A stretch of 32,000 nt of DNA from Pyrodictium abyssi. Lineage in GTDB: Archaea > Thermoproteota > Thermoprotei_A > Sulfolobales > Pyrodictiaceae. The notes under the pieces were generated by a model. That model was not told the DNA's origin. It made no database searches and saw only the letters and a program-made list of their open reading frames with translations. The position numbers and the translations under genes are program-made. The stretch covers positions 1,620,001 to 1,652,000 of the forward strand of contig NZ_AP028907.1 of NCBI RefSeq assembly GCF_036323395.1. Direction: 5' to 3'. This document shows, one piece after another, positions 1 through 8,398 of the stretch (position 1 is its first letter; every line of letters starts with the position of its first letter).

Positions 1-546
1 GCGTAGCAGCCTCGCTGCTAGCTCTAGCTCGTTGAAGGCCAGTGCGCGTAGCCTGGCGAGCTCGGTGCGGGCTAGCCGGGGCTTGGCTGCTAGGCGGCGT
101 AGCTCCTCGAGCATGCCCGGGGGGTCTAGGCTCGCTATCTGTATCCTTAGCAGCTCTGTCTCCGGGTCTAGGGGCTCTTCCTTGTCGCCCTCCAGCGGGG
201 GCTCTGTGGCGTCTACGCCCTGGTCGTAGGCGTCGAGGGCCTCCACCACGGCGTCTAGGTCGAGGAAGCGCCACCAGTGCTGGTTGCTGCTCCGGTAGCT
301 GGTCTCGATGACCCCGTAGTCACGCTCCAGTACGCGGAGGAGCATCGAAGGGTTGTAGTCTATGCCCCAGGCCTTTAGCCGGGCTACGACCTCCCGGTGG
401 CTGAAGTCGCCTAGGCGGACCCCGCGGCGCCCCTGAGTGGACAGGGCGGCGTCTACCGCGGCGCGGAGTACGGCATACCCTCTCTCCCCGTACTCCGCGA
501 GGAACTCTAGCACTCTCTCCCGGATACCGGGCGCCGCGGAGCCCAT
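1..546 (-). CDS. hypothetical protein, N-terminal part only (gene runs off the left edge)
   Basis: The minus-strand frame is open from ATG at 546..544 (MGSAAPGIRERVLEFLAEYGERGYAVLRAAVD...) to the window edge. An AAGGTG motif lies a few nt upstream. It is absent from the ORF track because no stop lies inside the window. No family recognised. Confidence 0.55.
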   Translation of the reverse strand, partial: MGSAAPGIRERVLEFLAEYGERGYAVLRAAVDAALSTQGRRGVRLGDFSHREVVARLKAWGIDYNPSMLLRVLERDYGVIETSYRSSNQHWWRFLDLDAVVEALDAYDQGVDATEPPLEGDKEEPLDPETELLRIQIASLDPPGMLEELRRLAAKPRLARTELARLRALAFNELELAARLLR

Positions 547-952
547 AGCAGGCACCTTAGCTAGCAGCGGGCTGGCGGGTCGAAGTGGGAGGGGCCCCGG
601 GCCCCCTACACTAGTAGTACAGTTGGCGGGGCTAGAAGCCAGATACACCAATGAAGGGGCCCCTACACGAAGACCCCGGGGTACTACCAGCGTAGCAGCC
701 CAGGATCACCGCCGGGGCCTAGCGGCATACTCTGGGGCGGAGGAGAATCGCCCCTAGGCCCTTGGTGGCGGGGGTGCTTGGCTTCGAGGGCCCCTGGAGG
801 CTCTAATTCTGGGGTCAATGGCGTCTGCCTGGCCTGTTTTGTTGCCGGCTGGTTGTCTATGGGGAGCCGTAGCGCGTTGTCCATGGTTTTGAGGGGGTTC
901 GGTGGACAAGCTAATGAGGGATGCTAGTGCTCTAGGGGTGGAGGGGTTGTAG

Positions 953-1205
953 TTGTCCTATAGCGGGCTTGCCGAGATACTGAGGAGGGAGCGGGTGCAC
1001 TACCCCGGACCCGGAGAAGCTGTTCCTTGTGCTTGGGCTCTTCCTCTCTGGTAGGATCTCGGCTGGTAAGGCTGCGGAGCTGCTAGGCCTCCGCGTAGAC
1101 GAGTTCTACCGGCTGCTCATGAGGCTCGGTATAGAGTACAGCATCTACGACGAGGGAGAGGCTCTGGAGGAGCTGGAGGCCTATGAGAGAGTCTTCAGGG
1201 CCTAG
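953..1205 (+). pseudogene. UPF0175-family antitoxin (VapB-like), apparently frameshifted
   Basis: The C-terminal part in the frame ending at TAG 1203-1205 reads EKLFLVLGLFLSGRISAGKAAELLGLRVDEFYRLLMRLGIEY. This matches the UPF0175 pattern (ELY..G.IS.GKAAEL.G). That frame has a TGA at 981-983 and no ATG upstream. The missing N-terminus (TTG 953, SYSGLAEILRRERVHYP) is in another frame. Removing one C from the C4 run 1003-1006 joins them. The span length is 253 nt, not a multiple of 3. Confidence 0.5.
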
Positions 1206-1206
1206 A

Positions 1207-1679
1207 GTGGTGCTCAACTCGTCTCCTATCATCCTGCTTGCTAAGCTGGGGCTTCTCCGGAGCGCTGTAGAACTCTTCAGTGAAGTCGAAGTCCCTGAGG
1301 CTGTTGTCGAGGAGGTGAACAGGAAACGTGATGAAGCCAGCCAGGAGCTAACAAGGCTCATTGAGGAGGGGCTGGTCAAAGTCGAGCATGTCGGGAGGAT
1401 GCTGCCCAGGCTTGGCCGCGGCGAATCCAGGTAATACTCCTTGCAATGGCGAGAAACAAGGCAGTTGTCCTGGATGACCGCCGGGCCAGGAGGCTAGCTA
1501 GGGAGCTAGGGCTGGAGGTCATCGGGACACTCGCTATACTGCGGAGGCTCTACGAGACCGGGATTCTCCGTGTCACACCGTCTAAACTGTATCAGAGGCT
1601 ACTTGGCCTAGGATTCTACATCGATAAGGAATTATTCAATAGGGTAGTCGGCCCCACTGTGCCCGATAACGATGACTAA
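1207..1679 (+). pseudogene. PIN-domain toxin of the DUF3368 type, split by a frameshift near 1425-1430
   Basis: ORF 1183..1434 reads VVLNSSPIILLAKLGLL...EVPEAVVEEV...LGRGESR-stop. ORF 1446..1679 reads ...KAVVLDDRRARRLARELGLEVIGTLAILRRLYETGIL. Together they form one DUF3368-type PIN protein. The second frame read upstream gives QVILLAMARNKAVVLDD, so a 1-nt indel after GRGES splits it. GTG 1207 lies 2 nt after the antitoxin stop. Confidence 0.75.
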
Positions 1680-1882
1680 TGGGGAGTAGGAGACGAGGCA
1701 TTCGTGTCTAGCCTTCCCCCTCCCCCGTCTACGTGCTACGTGTATTTGCTAGTGGCTTGAGGGCTTCATTGTTCTTGGGCTGCTTCGCTGGCGTCTGCTT
1801 GGGCCTGTGTGACGGAGTAGCCTGGCTATCGGCTATGAATGACCCAAGGCCGTAGGGTCTTGACGCCGCTGCTCCTATACTA

Positions 1883-1975
1883 TAGGCCCGTAGGCCCGTT
1901 TATGGCCGCCTTTTGAGGGTATGGCGGGCTAGCCCATGGCACCATATACCCTGGCATCTTGTACGGGCCTACGGC
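1883..1975. repeat. nested inverted repeat (long imperfect hairpin) with tandem TAGGCCCG x2
   Basis: ccgtaggcccg (1888-1898) is the exact reverse complement of cgggcctacgg (1964-1974). Inside it, agggtat (1916-1922) pairs with ataccct (1946-1952). The palindrome gggctagccc sits at the centre. TAGGCCCG is tandemly duplicated at 1883-1898. Confidence 0.7.
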
Positions 1976-1989
1976 TAGCCACCTCTAAC

Positions 1990-2055
1990 CATAATTATTG
2001 ATAGTGTGTAATCTTTTTATTACGTGTAGCTATTATGTGTATATGTAATTGAGGG
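1990..2055 (+). promoter_or_regulatory. A/T-rich promoter region of the ABC transporter operon
   Basis: An abrupt A/T-rich stretch (ataattattgatagtgtgtaatctttttattacgtgtagctattatgtgtatatgtaatt) lies directly upstream of the first possible starts (GTG 2068/2071, ATG 2083). It contains several TATA-like boxes. The exact box was not determined. Confidence 0.4.
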
Positions 2056-2067
2056 GTTCCGGGCCTG

Positions 2068-2769
2068 GTGGTGTCTAGACTCATGTGCAGGGAGGTTGTC
2101 GTGCGGCTCAGGGGTGTCTACAAGTACTACGGCGAGAAGATAGCGGCGCTGCGGGGCGTAGACCTGGAGGTGTGTAGGGGCGAGTTCGTGGCAATAGTGG
2201 GGCCTAGCGGGAGCGGCAAGTCCACGCTCATAAGCCTTGTGGCTGGTCTCGACCGGCCCGACAGCGGCTACGTGGAGGTGCTCGGTGAGAGGATCTCCGG
2301 GTGGCCGCCGGGCCGCCGGGCGGTGTGGCGGAGGAGGAGCGTGGGCATAGTCTTCCAGTTCTACCATCTCTTCCCGCTGCTAACCGTGCTCGAGAACGTC
2401 GTGCTCCCTATGAAGCTCGCCGGTGTGTTCCGGGGCAGGGAAAGGGAGCGGGCTCTAGAGCTGCTAGAGCTCGTCGGCATGAAGGACAAGGCCGGGAGGT
2501 ACCCCGGGGAGCTGAGCGGTGGCGAGCAGCAGCGCGTAGCGATAGCTAGGGCTCTGGCTAACGACCCGCCGCTGATACTGGCGGATGAGCCGACCGCCAA
2601 CCTGGATACCTTGAACAAGAGGAGGGTCGTAGAGCTCCTCGAAGAGGTCCACGAGATGGGGAAGACGGTGGTGCTCACGACGCACGACCCCGGGCTCGCC
2701 GGGAGAGCAGACCGGCTGGTCTGCCTCGTAGACGGCGCGGTGGTAAGGTGCGGCGGCGGTGCTGGCTAG
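2068..2769 (+). CDS. ABC transporter ATP-binding protein (MacB/LolD/FtsE-like)
   Basis: Walker A GPSGSGKST, signature LSGGEQQRVAIARAL, Walker B ILADEPTANLD and H-loop TTHD are present. It overlaps the downstream permease by 11 nt. The start is uncertain (GTG 2068, ATG 2083 or GTG 2101). Confidence 0.9.
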   Translation: MVSRLMCREVVVRLRGVYKYYGEKIAALRGVDLEVCRGEFVAIVGPSGSGKSTLISLVAGLDRPDSGYVEVLGERISGWPPGRRAVWRRRSVGIVFQFYHLFPLLTVLENVVLPMKLAGVFRGRERERALELLELVGMKDKAGRYPGELSGGEQQRVAIARALANDPPLILADEPTANLDTLNKRRVVELLEEVHEMGKTVVLTTHDPGLAGRADRLVCLVDGAVVRCGGGAG

Positions 2770-5050
2770 AGCCGGGCTACGCGCCCTGGCCCGGAGGCGG
2801 CTCGAGACGGCAGCCATAGTGGTGCTCGTAGCGGTCTCTGTGGCCGGGTTCCTAGTGATAAGGATGGCCTCCGGCTACGCTCTCGCGCTCGCGGGGAAGG
2901 CGTGGGTCTACGAGGTCGGCAACATACTGGTGGGCGTCAGCGGCGGCGCGGTAGACGCGGGGGAGGTGGCCCAGCTCCTCCAGGGCCTCCCCGTGGAGAA
3001 GCTCAAGGTCATCGAGGCCGCGTGGACGGTTGGATACTACAACGGCACCCCGTTGTCGGTTGTGCTGGTCTACAACCCTGACCCGGGCCCGCCCTTCAGC
3101 TACACCCCTGCCCTAAACGCCTCCGGCGACCGGGTGCTGCTCTACGCTACCGGGTCGAGGCTCCGCGTCCCAGAGGGCGCTACGCTGCTCCTCGGGCCCC
3201 AGGGAGAGCTAAGAGTGACTGTGGCCGGTGTCGTCCGCGGCATAGCCGTGGTCTCTGCAGGCGACCTAGCGCTCTACGCGGACCGGGAGATAGTAGAGAG
3301 GGCGGCAGCGAGCGGGGGAAGCCTAGAGGCGGCCATAGCTATAGTCCTCCGGCCGGGCGCCGACGCCGAGGCCGTGAAGGACGAGGTCCTGGAGAGGTTG
3401 GGGAAGGCGGGCTACAACGTGTCATCCGTGTTCGTCAACACGGAGGAGGATAACCCCGCGCGTAGACCCATAGAGGGCGTAGCCAGGGCCCTGGAGACGC
3501 TGACGCTGGCTGGCCAGGCTATAGCGCTCCTACTGATAGCCTCTACGAGCCTACTAGCAGTGGAGCGTGGCATCCGCGAGGTGGGTGTACTCGAGAGCCT
3601 CGGCGCCACGCGGCTCCAGGTAGCAGTGTTCTACTCAGCGCACAACATAGCCCGCGGGCTAGCCGGGGCCCTACTAGGCCTAGCAGCGGCTATCCCCCTA
3701 TCCCGGCTGCTAGTGGAGTGGGGCCTCAGAAGCTCTGAGGGCGACGAGACGGCCACCAGGCTGCTGATGGAGCTGTACCAGTTCAGCCCACGGCTAGAGG
3801 ACGTCGCCGTGCCCTACGCGGCGATGCTAGCATCCATAGTGGCTGCTGCCGTGGTGCCTCCGCTGCTCTACGCCCGGGGCGAGACGGCCCCCAAGCTGCG
3901 GTACACAGGCCGCCTGGAGGCGAGGCCCCGGCTCGCCCGCCTAGCGGTGCTAGGGCCAGAGGCGGCGCTGGCGCTCCGCAGGCTAGCAGCGAGGCCATGG
4001 AAGCTCGCTGCCTTCGTGCTACTCGCGGCCCTGGTATGGGGAAGCCTCGCATCGATAGGCATGGTGAGCCGGGGCTACGAGCACCTCGTAGCCCGTGTCG
4101 GCTCAGCCGGCTACACGCTGAAGCTGTACGTGCCCGGAGACCTGCTAGAAGAGGCCCTGGAGAAGCTTAGAGGCCTCCCCGGCGTAGAGGCTACTGATAC
4201 CTACTGCGTCTACTGGAATAGTCTTAGCATCCACGACGAGAACGTGGTGGTATTCGTCCGTGTATCCGGCGACGAATACCTCTGGTACCCCCTGGTCCAG
4301 GGCAGGCTCCCCGCGTCAGACAACGAGGCCGTGGTCTCTACAAGGCTAGCAGCGGAGCACGGCCTAGGCGTCGGCGACACCGTGGAGGCAGAGACCCCGA
4401 GGGGCACTATCCGCCTAAAAGTGGTAGGAGTAGCCGATATACCCACGAACAACGGCCTAGCAGTACTCGTAACCAGCAGCCCCGCAGAGCTCCTCGGCTC
4501 GGCGGGCGAGTGCATGGTACTGGTCAGGGCGAGCGGCGACCCGTACAGGCTAGCCCTGGAGGCCAAGCGCACCCTAGTATCCTCCGGCATACCCGCCGCA
4601 GTCTACACCGGGGAGGAGGGCGTCAGGAACCTCAGAGAAGCGGGCACCGTGCTTAAGGTGTTCATGCTCGTTATGGAGTCCGGCGTCCTCCTAGCGGGGC
4701 TGCTAGGCCTAGCACTAGCAGGAGTAGTAGACCTGGCGGCCCACCTACGCGAGGTAGGCGTGCTACGGGCGATAGGCTATACGGACCGGAGGATAGCCCT
4801 CCTCGAAGCCATGGAGGTGGCGGCCGCCTGGCTGCTGTCAGCCCCCGTGGCCCTCGCGGTAGGCTACGCTATGGCCAGCCACATGACGGGGCTTATGAGG
4901 AGCGCCCTAGGAGCCATAGAGCCGCGCGGCCCCCTAGCCTCGCTGCTAGAGGCCGCCTGGATAGCCCCACCAGTACTAGCACTGACAACAGCCGCCTGGG
5001 TGCTGTACCTCCGCAGGGTCGAGACAACACGCCTACTAGCCGAGCAGTGA
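2759..5050 (+). CDS. ABC transporter permease with two FtsX-like modules (MacB-type)
   Basis: 763 aa with an N-terminal TM segment and two large non-membrane domains. Each domain is followed by an FtsX-like TM bundle (VGVLESLGATRLQVAVFYSAHNIARGLAGALLG and VGVLRAIGYTDRRIALLEAMEVAAAWLLSAP). Translationally coupled to the ATPase. Confidence 0.85.
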   Translation: MLARAGLRALARRRLETAAIVVLVAVSVAGFLVIRMASGYALALAGKAWVYEVGNILVGVSGGAVDAGEVAQLLQGLPVEKLKVIEAAWTVGYYNGTPLSVVLVYNPDPGPPFSYTPALNASGDRVLLYATGSRLRVPEGATLLLGPQGELRVTVAGVVRGIAVVSAGDLALYADREIVERAAASGGSLEAAIAIVLRPGADAEAVKDEVLERLGKAGYNVSSVFVNTEEDNPARRPIEGVARALETLTLAGQAIALLLIASTSLLAVERGIREVGVLESLGATRLQVAVFYSAHNIARGLAGALLGLAAAIPLSRLLVEWGLRSSEGDETATRLLMELYQFSPRLEDVAVPYAAMLASIVAAAVVPPLLYARGETAPKLRYTGRLEARPRLARLAVLGPEAALALRRLAARPWKLAAFVLLAALVWGSLASIGMVSRGYEHLVARVGSAGYTLKLYVPGDLLEEALEKLRGLPGVEATDTYCVYWNSLSIHDENVVVFVRVSGDEYLWYPLVQGRLPASDNEAVVSTRLAAEHGLGVGDTVEAETPRGTIRLKVVGVADIPTNNGLAVLVTSSPAELLGSAGECMVLVRASGDPYRLALEAKRTLVSSGIPAAVYTGEEGVRNLREAGTVLKVFMLVMESGVLLAGLLGLALAGVVDLAAHLREVGVLRAIGYTDRRIALLEAMEVAAAWLLSAPVALAVGYAMASHMTGLMRSALGAIEPRGPLASLLEAAWIAPPVLALTTAAWVLYLRRVETTRLLAEQ

Positions 5051-5121
5051 GAGAAGAAGGGGCTAGAACCCGGACACCACTATACACGCCCGCTGAACAC
5101 GCGACTCTCCATGGCTGGGGT

Positions 5122-5150
5122 TTATGACGCCCTAGAAATCCCCGTCATAA
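5122..5150. terminator. hairpin between convergent genes
   Basis: ttatgacg (5122-5129) pairs with cgtcataa (5143-5150), an 8-bp stem. It lies in the 142-nt gap between the permease stop (5050) and the stop of the minus-strand gene (5193). Function as a terminator is inferred only. Confidence 0.3.
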
Positions 5151-5192
5151 TCCAGTCTAACGCCATAACCCGGGGACCCATGTAGCGCCCGA

Positions 5193-5867
5193 CTAGAGCC
5201 TTATCACCATGACATTCTTCTTCCTCGCATAGGCTTCTACCTCCCTGCCGAGGTAGACAGCTGCTAATACTGGTTTCACGCGGGGGTGCGCTAGCTTTGC
5301 TTGTACAAGCTCGGTCTTCGCCAATAGGCTCCCTACGTCTCCGTGCTTCGGCCTAGTCTTCACTTCTACAACGAATAGAGACTCTTCACCATTCTTCACA
5401 GCCCATACGAGCAGGTCTATATCCTCCTCATCAACCCTATAGTTTCTGGCAAACCTGGCCACATGATACCCCTCCTCCCTGATCGACTCTAGCGCGAGCC
5501 TTGAAAGCATAGCCTCCGCTACAGCCCCCATGGTCAGCTCTACGGAGCCAAGCCTAGACCTTATCTCACCTATCTGCTCCTCAATAGAGCCGGTCCTTTC
5601 CCGGAGACCCTGAAGAGCCTCATCAAAATCCCTCTGGCGGGCCACCATTTCCTCTAAGTGGGCATTTATAGATGTCAGCGCCTTAAGTATGGCCGATAAT
5701 ACCGTGGCGATAGACTGGGCGAGAGGACCCTGCTCTCTCAGCCACTCTATCTGCCTACGAACCTCGTCGCCAAGCTCAAAACTTGTAGCCATAGTAGAAG
5801 CCCAGCCCACTATCCGATACTGCTGCACAAATAAGGATAGCTCGACGGTCCCCCTACTGCCTACCAT
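5193..5867 (-). CDS. DUF3782-like protein: N-terminal coiled coil plus C-terminal PD-(D/E)xK nuclease-like domain
   Basis: The C-terminus reads EEDIDLLVWAVKNGEESLFVVEVKTRPKHGDVGSLLAKTELVQAKLAHPRVKPVLAAVYLGREVEAYARKKNVMVIRL. This has the D...(E)VK restriction-endonuclease-like motif and the layout of the crenarchaeal family often annotated as chordopoxvirus fusion protein. The N-terminal half is heptad-rich. An alternative start is ATG 5792 (MATSFELGDE...). TTTTAATA lies on the minus strand at 5891-5884. Confidence 0.6.
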   Translation of the reverse strand: MVGSRGTVELSLFVQQYRIVGWASTMATSFELGDEVRRQIEWLREQGPLAQSIATVLSAILKALTSINAHLEEMVARQRDFDEALQGLRERTGSIEEQIGEIRSRLGSVELTMGAVAEAMLSRLALESIREEGYHVARFARNYRVDEEDIDLLVWAVKNGEESLFVVEVKTRPKHGDVGSLLAKTELVQAKLAHPRVKPVLAAVYLGREVEAYARKKNVMVIRL

Positions 5868-7190
5868 CTAGAGCGGCAAGGAGTATTAAAAGATACGAGA
5901 GAGCGCTGCGCCTAGGTACATGAGCTGTCACTCGACCTAGGTAACCCTGTCATGCGCCTTCTCTCTATCTAAAGGAGCAACTCAGCCTCAATTGCCTCGT
6001 TGACGGTTATGCTATAACCCTGCTGTGAGTGGCACCATGAGATCCAGTAGCGTTTAGAGGCTGCTACAAGCACAGCTAGATCTATATTACTACAAAATAT
6101 AACCTCTCTAGCCTCGGGGTAAGAGAATGGCCTACCCTGACAGCTACTATTTACCTCTACCTAAGAGAGTGCACGAGAAACAGAGGGCATCCTCCTAGTG
6201 TACTGGACACTGTGTGCAAAGAGATAGATTCCATCGTCAAAGCCGTATACGGTTCTAAGGCCTGCCTCTCGCTGGGAATACAAGCAGTCTACGCAGTGAA
6301 CATACTAGTGAAGGACCTCATCCTTGACGGAAAAAGACCCTCGAAGGCACATGTAGAGGCGCTTGTGGGCACTATCATGGCCTGGGGGAGACTGCCACCC
6401 TTCAAGCTAGCCGAGATAGACCGAAGAGATGCTGCATTAGCAATAATGCACCTACTAAACAGTAGTGTAGGCGCTGCTGGCTATGGGACGCTTAGAGACT
6501 ATGCGTCTTGGCAGACGATAGTTGATGCAGCAAGCCTCGGTGTGGATGCGCTATCCAGCATGGTGGAAAGGGCTATCAAGGCTCTCAGAGCCCCGTAGGG
6601 ATGCTACATGGGTGTACAAGGCTCTACATATCCTCATGCCTTCTATCTTCGCGGCTTTCGACGGTAATATCGCGTGCGTGGTCTTCAGCGAGAATCCGAG
6701 AGAGCGGTGTATAGGCGGAAATAAGGGCGGCAAGGCTAACAAGAGGCTCGTGAATGTAGAGAACTATGTGAGGTATAGTATCTGCCTAGGACGGCTAGCT
6801 CGCTACCTTGTGGACCGGTGTGACTTCGGGTTCGAGCCTACACCGGGGTTTGGCTATGCCCGCCGGCTCTCTATAGGCGGTCTCCAACTGTACTTTCCGC
6901 TGACGAGGCTCTTGGACTATGTAGTGTGGAGTATGTCCACTGTACCTAGGAATAAAGACAAGGACGTTACTGTCTACGACCAGGTTGTCAAGAATTGTGT
7001 ATAGTTGGTGGTTGCGAGCAGGATAGACACGCAGCCTGGGGGAATGGGCTCCGAGGGTCATCTAGTCTTTGTTAGAGGATTTTGCGTATTAGTCTGTCTT
7101 GTAAGCAGTGTTTTGCTCGCCGTGCTTTAGTGCTCCCTATTGCTGTATCCTTATGCGGCTGCGCCCCAGCTAGGCTAGGGGTGTTGCAGT
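5868..7190. other. A/T-rich compositional island
   Basis: The island is visibly lower in G+C than its flanks (25/60 G+C in 6061-6120 versus 45/60 in 8521-8580). It contains only a broken orphan gene and long non-coding stretches. Confidence 0.6.
6212..7004 (+). pseudogene. orphan hypothetical gene, frameshifted at the C4 run 6591-6594
   Basis: ORF 6212..6598 ends ...ERAIKALRAP-stop. ORF 6522..7004 carries ...RRDATWVYKALHILMPSIFAAFDGNIACVVF... in the adjacent frame. Deleting one C at 6591-6594 gives a continuous ...KALRARRDATWVYKALHIL... protein of about 260 aa. No family recognised. Confidence 0.45.
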
Positions 7191-7530
7191 GTTGGCGGAT
7201 AATCCGCGTCTCCACGTGTTTAGCTTTCGGCCGTCCGAGCCCTACAGTTTCACGAGGCATCTTGAGAGGTTCACACTACCCGGCGAGCCAATGCCATGGG
7301 TATACGACGCGGCAAGTGGGTCGTGTCGTAGGCTGCTCCGCCTCCCCGGCGGAGGCTACGTGCCGGTCCAGGTGGTGTTTGAGGGGGAGCCCTGGAGCCC
7401 CCGCATCACAGTGAGGGCCTGGAGCAGTAGCCCCTCCCAGGCACGGGAGGCGTTCGAGGCTGTGCTGGCCTCCGTGAGGGCGCGCCTCGACTACCGTGAG
7501 TTCCTCCGCCGCGTCGAGGGGTGGCCTAGG
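7189..7530 (+). pseudogene. possible N-terminal fragment of an AlkA-like HhH-GPD DNA glycosylase
   Basis: It starts at GTG 7189 and reads LHVFSFRPSEPYSFTRHLERFTLPGEP...RRLLRLPGGGYVPVQVVFEGEPWSPRITVRAW...LDYREFLRRVEGWP. By eye this fits the AlkA N-terminal domain pattern. No HhH-GPD core follows. Beyond about 7520 the frame is Arg/Ser/Ala-rich and antisense to the ATPase gene. Confidence 0.3.
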
Positions 7531-8374
7531 AGCCGGGCAGCCGCGCGTATGGCCTCTCTCCGGTCTAGGCCCGCGGCCTCGGCCGCCAGGTCCAGGGCGT
7601 GGTCCAGGCGGTGGAGCTCGCCGCGTAGCCACTCTCCCAGGAGCTCTCTGTCCCTTGGGCACAGGTCTACGAGGTAGCCGGGAGACGCGCCCACTAGCCT
7701 GATGAAGGTGTCGAGGTCTACGCTGCAGCCGTGTCTCCCCCTGTACTCCTCGTATAGGGCCTGGAAGGCCCCGGGCTCCATCGGCTCTACGAGCATGTAC
7801 CCCGTGGAGTAGCCCGGTAGCCGGTGCCAGGCCCTAGCTGTCGCGAAGAAGCCCTCGCCCACGGTGACTACTAGGCGGGTCTCCTCCTCTCCCCTCTTGG
7901 CGAGGAGCCCTGCTACGGCCTCGAGCTCTGCTCTAGAGCTTCCTCTAGGCTGCTGCGGAAGAGGAGGTGGAACTCGTCGATGAACACGACTAGGGGAGGC
8001 CGTAGCCTAGAGGCTAGCTCCTCTAGGGGCCCTACCAGCCCGCGTGGCAGCCCCGCCGAGCTGAGTAGCCCGTCGAGGGCGCCGAGTAGGTCTGCCCTTT
8101 TCCCGCCTAGGTAGGGTTCTGCCCGCCGCAGCCGGGCGTCAATAACCACCGCCCGGTGGGCGAGCCTGGCTAGCGCTCTTCGGCCGAGCCTCCGGGCTAC
8201 GAGGTATCTTACCAGCTCGCTTTTCCCGACATTCCTGGGGCCATAGACTACGAGTGTACGTACGCTCTGCAGCCTCTTCTCGAACTCGCAGAGCTCTCGG
8301 CGGCGGTCGTAGAACCCGGTGCCGAGCAGGGTCCGGTACTCCCTGTCAACGAAAAGATCCCTGCTATGCTCCAA
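7491..8374 (-). pseudogene. archaeal ATPase (Arch_ATPase/AAA family), frameshifted near 7920-7945
   Basis: ORF 7913..8374 reads FYDRRRELCEFEKRL...VVYGPRNVGKSELVRYL...LVVFIDEFHLLF (Walker A and B). ORF 7491..7862 carries the C-terminal half. That second frame read upstream gives SRAELEAVAGLLAKRGEEETRLVVTVGEGFF without a stop, so a single indel separates the halves. It is a paralog of 13847..14860. Confidence 0.75.
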
Positions 8375-8398
8375 TGCCGTGTCAGCCCCGCTGGAGGG

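Noticed and set aside
560-952. GC-rich 390-nt gap upstream of the first gene. It contains a direct repeat GGCCCCTACAC (about 601-611 and 660-670), a hairpin 715-722/754-761, and track ORFs 437..757(+) and 684..884(-).
   Set aside because: The ORFs are low complexity and mutually overlapping. The repeat and hairpin are short and not nested into a convincing structure. This was noted but is not strong enough to call an RNA gene.
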